Origin: Blastocystis sp. Blastoise
Lineage: Eukaryota > Protista > Bigyra: Opalinata
Direction: 5' to 3'
DNA length: 64,000 nt
Assembly (NCBI GenBank): GCA_039096225.1
Contig: JBBPEB010000005.1
Span: 992,001 to 1,056,000 of the forward strand
Below, in pieces: positions 60,815 through 64,000 of this stretch. Numbering within the stretch: the first letter of the stretch is position 1; each line of letters opens with the position of its first letter. The translations under genes and the position numbers were made by a program. The notes below the pieces were generated by a model that did not search any database, was not told the origin of the DNA, and saw nothing but the letters and a program-made list of their open reading frames with translations.

Positions 60815-63800
60815 TTAAAAAGGAGAATGAGGTTGTTTCATAGTCACCATATTAATTTCCATACTCTCTTTTTGGCGGGATGAATCATGGGCAAATGGCT
60901 CAGAGAGGAGACTAGTATAGAATATATATATAGAATATATATACATAATATATATATACTAATTAGAGCTTTCTATATTGTTATAACCATTGATTTTCTT
61001 CCTATATAAATGTGCATTTAATAATATATAATAATATATAATAGAATATAATGATAATGATAATAATATATAATAGAATATAATGATAATGATAATAATA
61101 TATAATAGAATATAATGATTATGATAATAATATATAATAGAATATAATGATAATGATAATAATATATAATAGAATATAATGATAATGATAATAATATATA
61201 ATAGAATATAATGATTATGATAATAATATATAATAGAATATAATGATTATGATAATAATATATAATAGAATATAATGATAATGATAATAATATATAATAG
61301 AATATAATGATAATGATAATAATATATAATAGAATATAATATAATATAATATAAATAGAATAAATAAAAATAAATGAATAATACTATAATACAATATATA
61401 TACATATTATTATTTTTGTTTTTAATAAAAAGAAGAATACAGGTTACCACAATAACCGTAATTATGACTAGAACTACAGCAACAGTAATAATTATATATA
61501 ACATAATATAATCGTCATCATTGAGATCGGAGAGAGTAAAAGGATGAAGAATTGTCACACGTAAAGATCCCTTTGTGAAAGGGGGATTCGTAACGGCTGC
61601 AGAGGGTTCTGTGGGATATGGAAGGATTTCTAAAAGAAGAGATGTTAACTTGGACACATTATTATTAATAATATCAATATAATTGCGGGAAACACTTTGA
61701 GAGGGAGAAAGACGAATAACGAGACACGTGCGAGATTCGGTCTAAAGAATAGAGATATAAAGAATAATAATAGATAATTATTATTTATTTATAGTAGTTG
61801 TAATAATGAGAATGACATAAAGATATTTAAGAATATATATATATACATCAATAGAACAATCAATGATTTGAGATATATGTATTTGATTGGTTGGTATATT
61901 TAACAGTTGTACAAATAATTGGTTGATATAGGGTGATACATAGAGTGAATAGATAGAAGGGAGGAGATTATGTATAACAAGAGTAGCATCAAGATAAGAA
62001 GTAAAATAGGGAGGAAGAGTAGACACTAGTAATAGAGAGAGATAGGTATATATATAAATATGAATATAGGAATATGAATATATAAATATGAATATATGGA
62101 AATAAATAAAGAGAAAAATGATAATATAATTCAATAATATAAAAATAATAAAGAAAGATAATATTAAGATATATTTAAAAAAAGACAATAATAAACAACA
62201 TAAACATAGCTATATATATATACTACATGAAGAGTCATCAATATTATTCCATGAAGCTATGCCTTGTTGGGTATCTTCTATACATTGTCGAGTAATATAT
62301 CCTTTGAATCCATCTGGACAAAGAGTAAATGTTGTTTCACCTATTGGAATACTATTCCATCCTTGTTCCTGTGGGCACATGGCATGAGTTGATGAATAAA
62401 ATCCAATAAATGAAATCGAAAGATGCACTGTTTCTGACAAAGGAATATTTGTACCTATATATATATATATATAAAGATAAAAAGAAAAAATTATATAGAA
62501 TAATATATAAATAAAAAAAGAAATGATTATACAGATTATTCTTATATATATATATAAACATACTTAGTATAATTAATTTATAATATTGATAATCCTGATG
62601 TTGTTTGTCTATCCATAAAGTGAATTCATTCGAATCACTTTCAAAGTATCCTTTTTTCTGTATTGTATATACTAGATCCCAGTCTATATTATTATTACTA
62701 CCTTGGAATTGTATATGTTCAGGAACAGCTCTAGTATTTGATGATACTACTGAAGAAAGTTTAATTACTATTTTATTGATATATTCGTGATGATATATAG
62801 AGAAAGAGTAGGGGATTTGAAGAGGTAGAGAAGAGGAAGAAGATAATTCTAAGGAGGGTTTAGAAGAGGAGAGGGAGGAGATACTGAAGAGAGACTTATA
62901 CTATAGAGGAAGGTATAGTAACGTAATATAATAAATAATAATTATAAATATTAATAATAAGAATAAAATTAAAAATATAATACTAATAATAAAAATAAAA
63001 TAAAATAAAATAATAATAAAAAAAAAAAAATAAAATAATAATAAAAATAAAATAAAAATAATAATAACATTAAAAATATAATACTAATAAAAATAAAATA
63101 AGAATAAATAAAATACAGCTTGATTTGTATATCCTGAATATGATTTTAGAATATTATGTGTGTAAATAGCCTTGATACTGAGGTCTGTGAATATATGTAC
63201 AGGGTATGTACTATCATATAATGTATGCCCATATTGAGTATAATTCTGAGGAGCATAAGGAGTAGTAGGAATAATAACTTGATCTATATAGGTTATAGGA
63301 CCAAACACATTAGTAATATTAATAGCACGATGGATCTCGAAGGAAAGAACATTATGAGAGGTAGAGAGAGAACCAGGAAGAATACTTCCTCTATAGGGGA
63401 GACAAGATAATAATAATAACAATAGTAATAAATATAATAATAATAATAAATATAATAATAATATAATAATATAATAATAATAAATATAATAATAATAATT
63501 TATATATATGATAATTACAAAAAGAAAACTTAAAAACTATGTTATATAATATATACACTGCATAACAAGTATCGTTATTAAATCCTATAGAATGCGTATT
63601 ATAATCTACAACAGTCGAATTACTAATGAATTCTCTTCTTATTTCTTGACCATTTAAATATAAAACATATCCGAATTGATTATAGAATTCATATACGATT
63701 TCTAATATATCATTGGATAGCACGAGGTCAAAAGGATAACGTAAATAAATAGTATTCCCAACAAAATCTTGTGGAGTACTGAATGGAACAGTATTCCAAA

Positions 63801-64000
63801 GAGAATCATCATATTGAATATCTCTCCAATTTCCTTCTGGAATAGTATTTTCATTAAATAATTGAATAGGTTGATATTTACGAATAATTATTTGATTCTG
63901 AATTTTGACTTCATATTCTTTAATTCCCACGGGGATCTCGACTGTAGCAATCATTGATGTTTCTGTAGTTATATATAGAGTTGTGATTGTTTTTGTTAGT
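60815..64000 (-). CDS. Large single-pass surface protein with galactose-binding-like domains and a Cys-rich (HRM-like) module; 5' end outside window
   Basis: WRDIQYDDSLW...TIYLR...GYVLYLNGQEIRR, FQGSNNNIDWD, CPQEQGW...CPDGFKGYITRQC...W...SSC, and a C-terminal TM IIITVAVVLVIITVIVVTCILLF. Confidence 0.7.
61030..61340. repeat. ~30-bp intronic minisatellite (TATAATGATAATGATAATAATATATAATAGAA)
   Basis: About nine to ten tandem near-identical units. Confidence 0.9.

Overview
AT-rich eukaryotic nuclear DNA with short, microsatellite-filled spliceosomal introns. The host is inferred to be a Blastocystis-like stramenopile, from a recurrent TGTTTTGTT 3'-end motif and the gene families present. The main feature is bases 1-~9,000: the right-hand part of an apparently intact endogenous Polinton-like (Preplasmiviricota-type) DNA virus. 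It has seven intronless + strand genes: two paralogous double-jelly-roll major capsid-like genes, a minor capsid/penton-like gene, an A32/FtsK packaging ATPase, two candidate core proteins with adenain-type GG/GxG motifs (one organised like adenovirus pVI) and an 18-aa-repeat coiled-coil protein. These are followed by a convergent 55-aa acidic ORF with a six-pentamer heat-shock element upstream, a 120-bp GC-rich hairpin and a candidate terminus near 8,997. No polymerase, integrase or protease is in the window; they may lie off the left edge. Next come a DD34E Tc1/IS630 transposon with 139-bp inverted repeats and a rearranged nest of CGGBP1-type hAT elements (18.5-25.4 kb). The rest is host genes: DHHC, MRPL27, a CID protein, a BTB/LRR-like protein, MFS, NAT10, three soluble cytochrome b5s, PAP2, a GH20 with an altered catalytic motif, a two-pore channel, MRPL15, RPL36, a surface membrane protein and three tRNAs including Val(GAC). 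All family calls are motif recognition by eye, not database searches.
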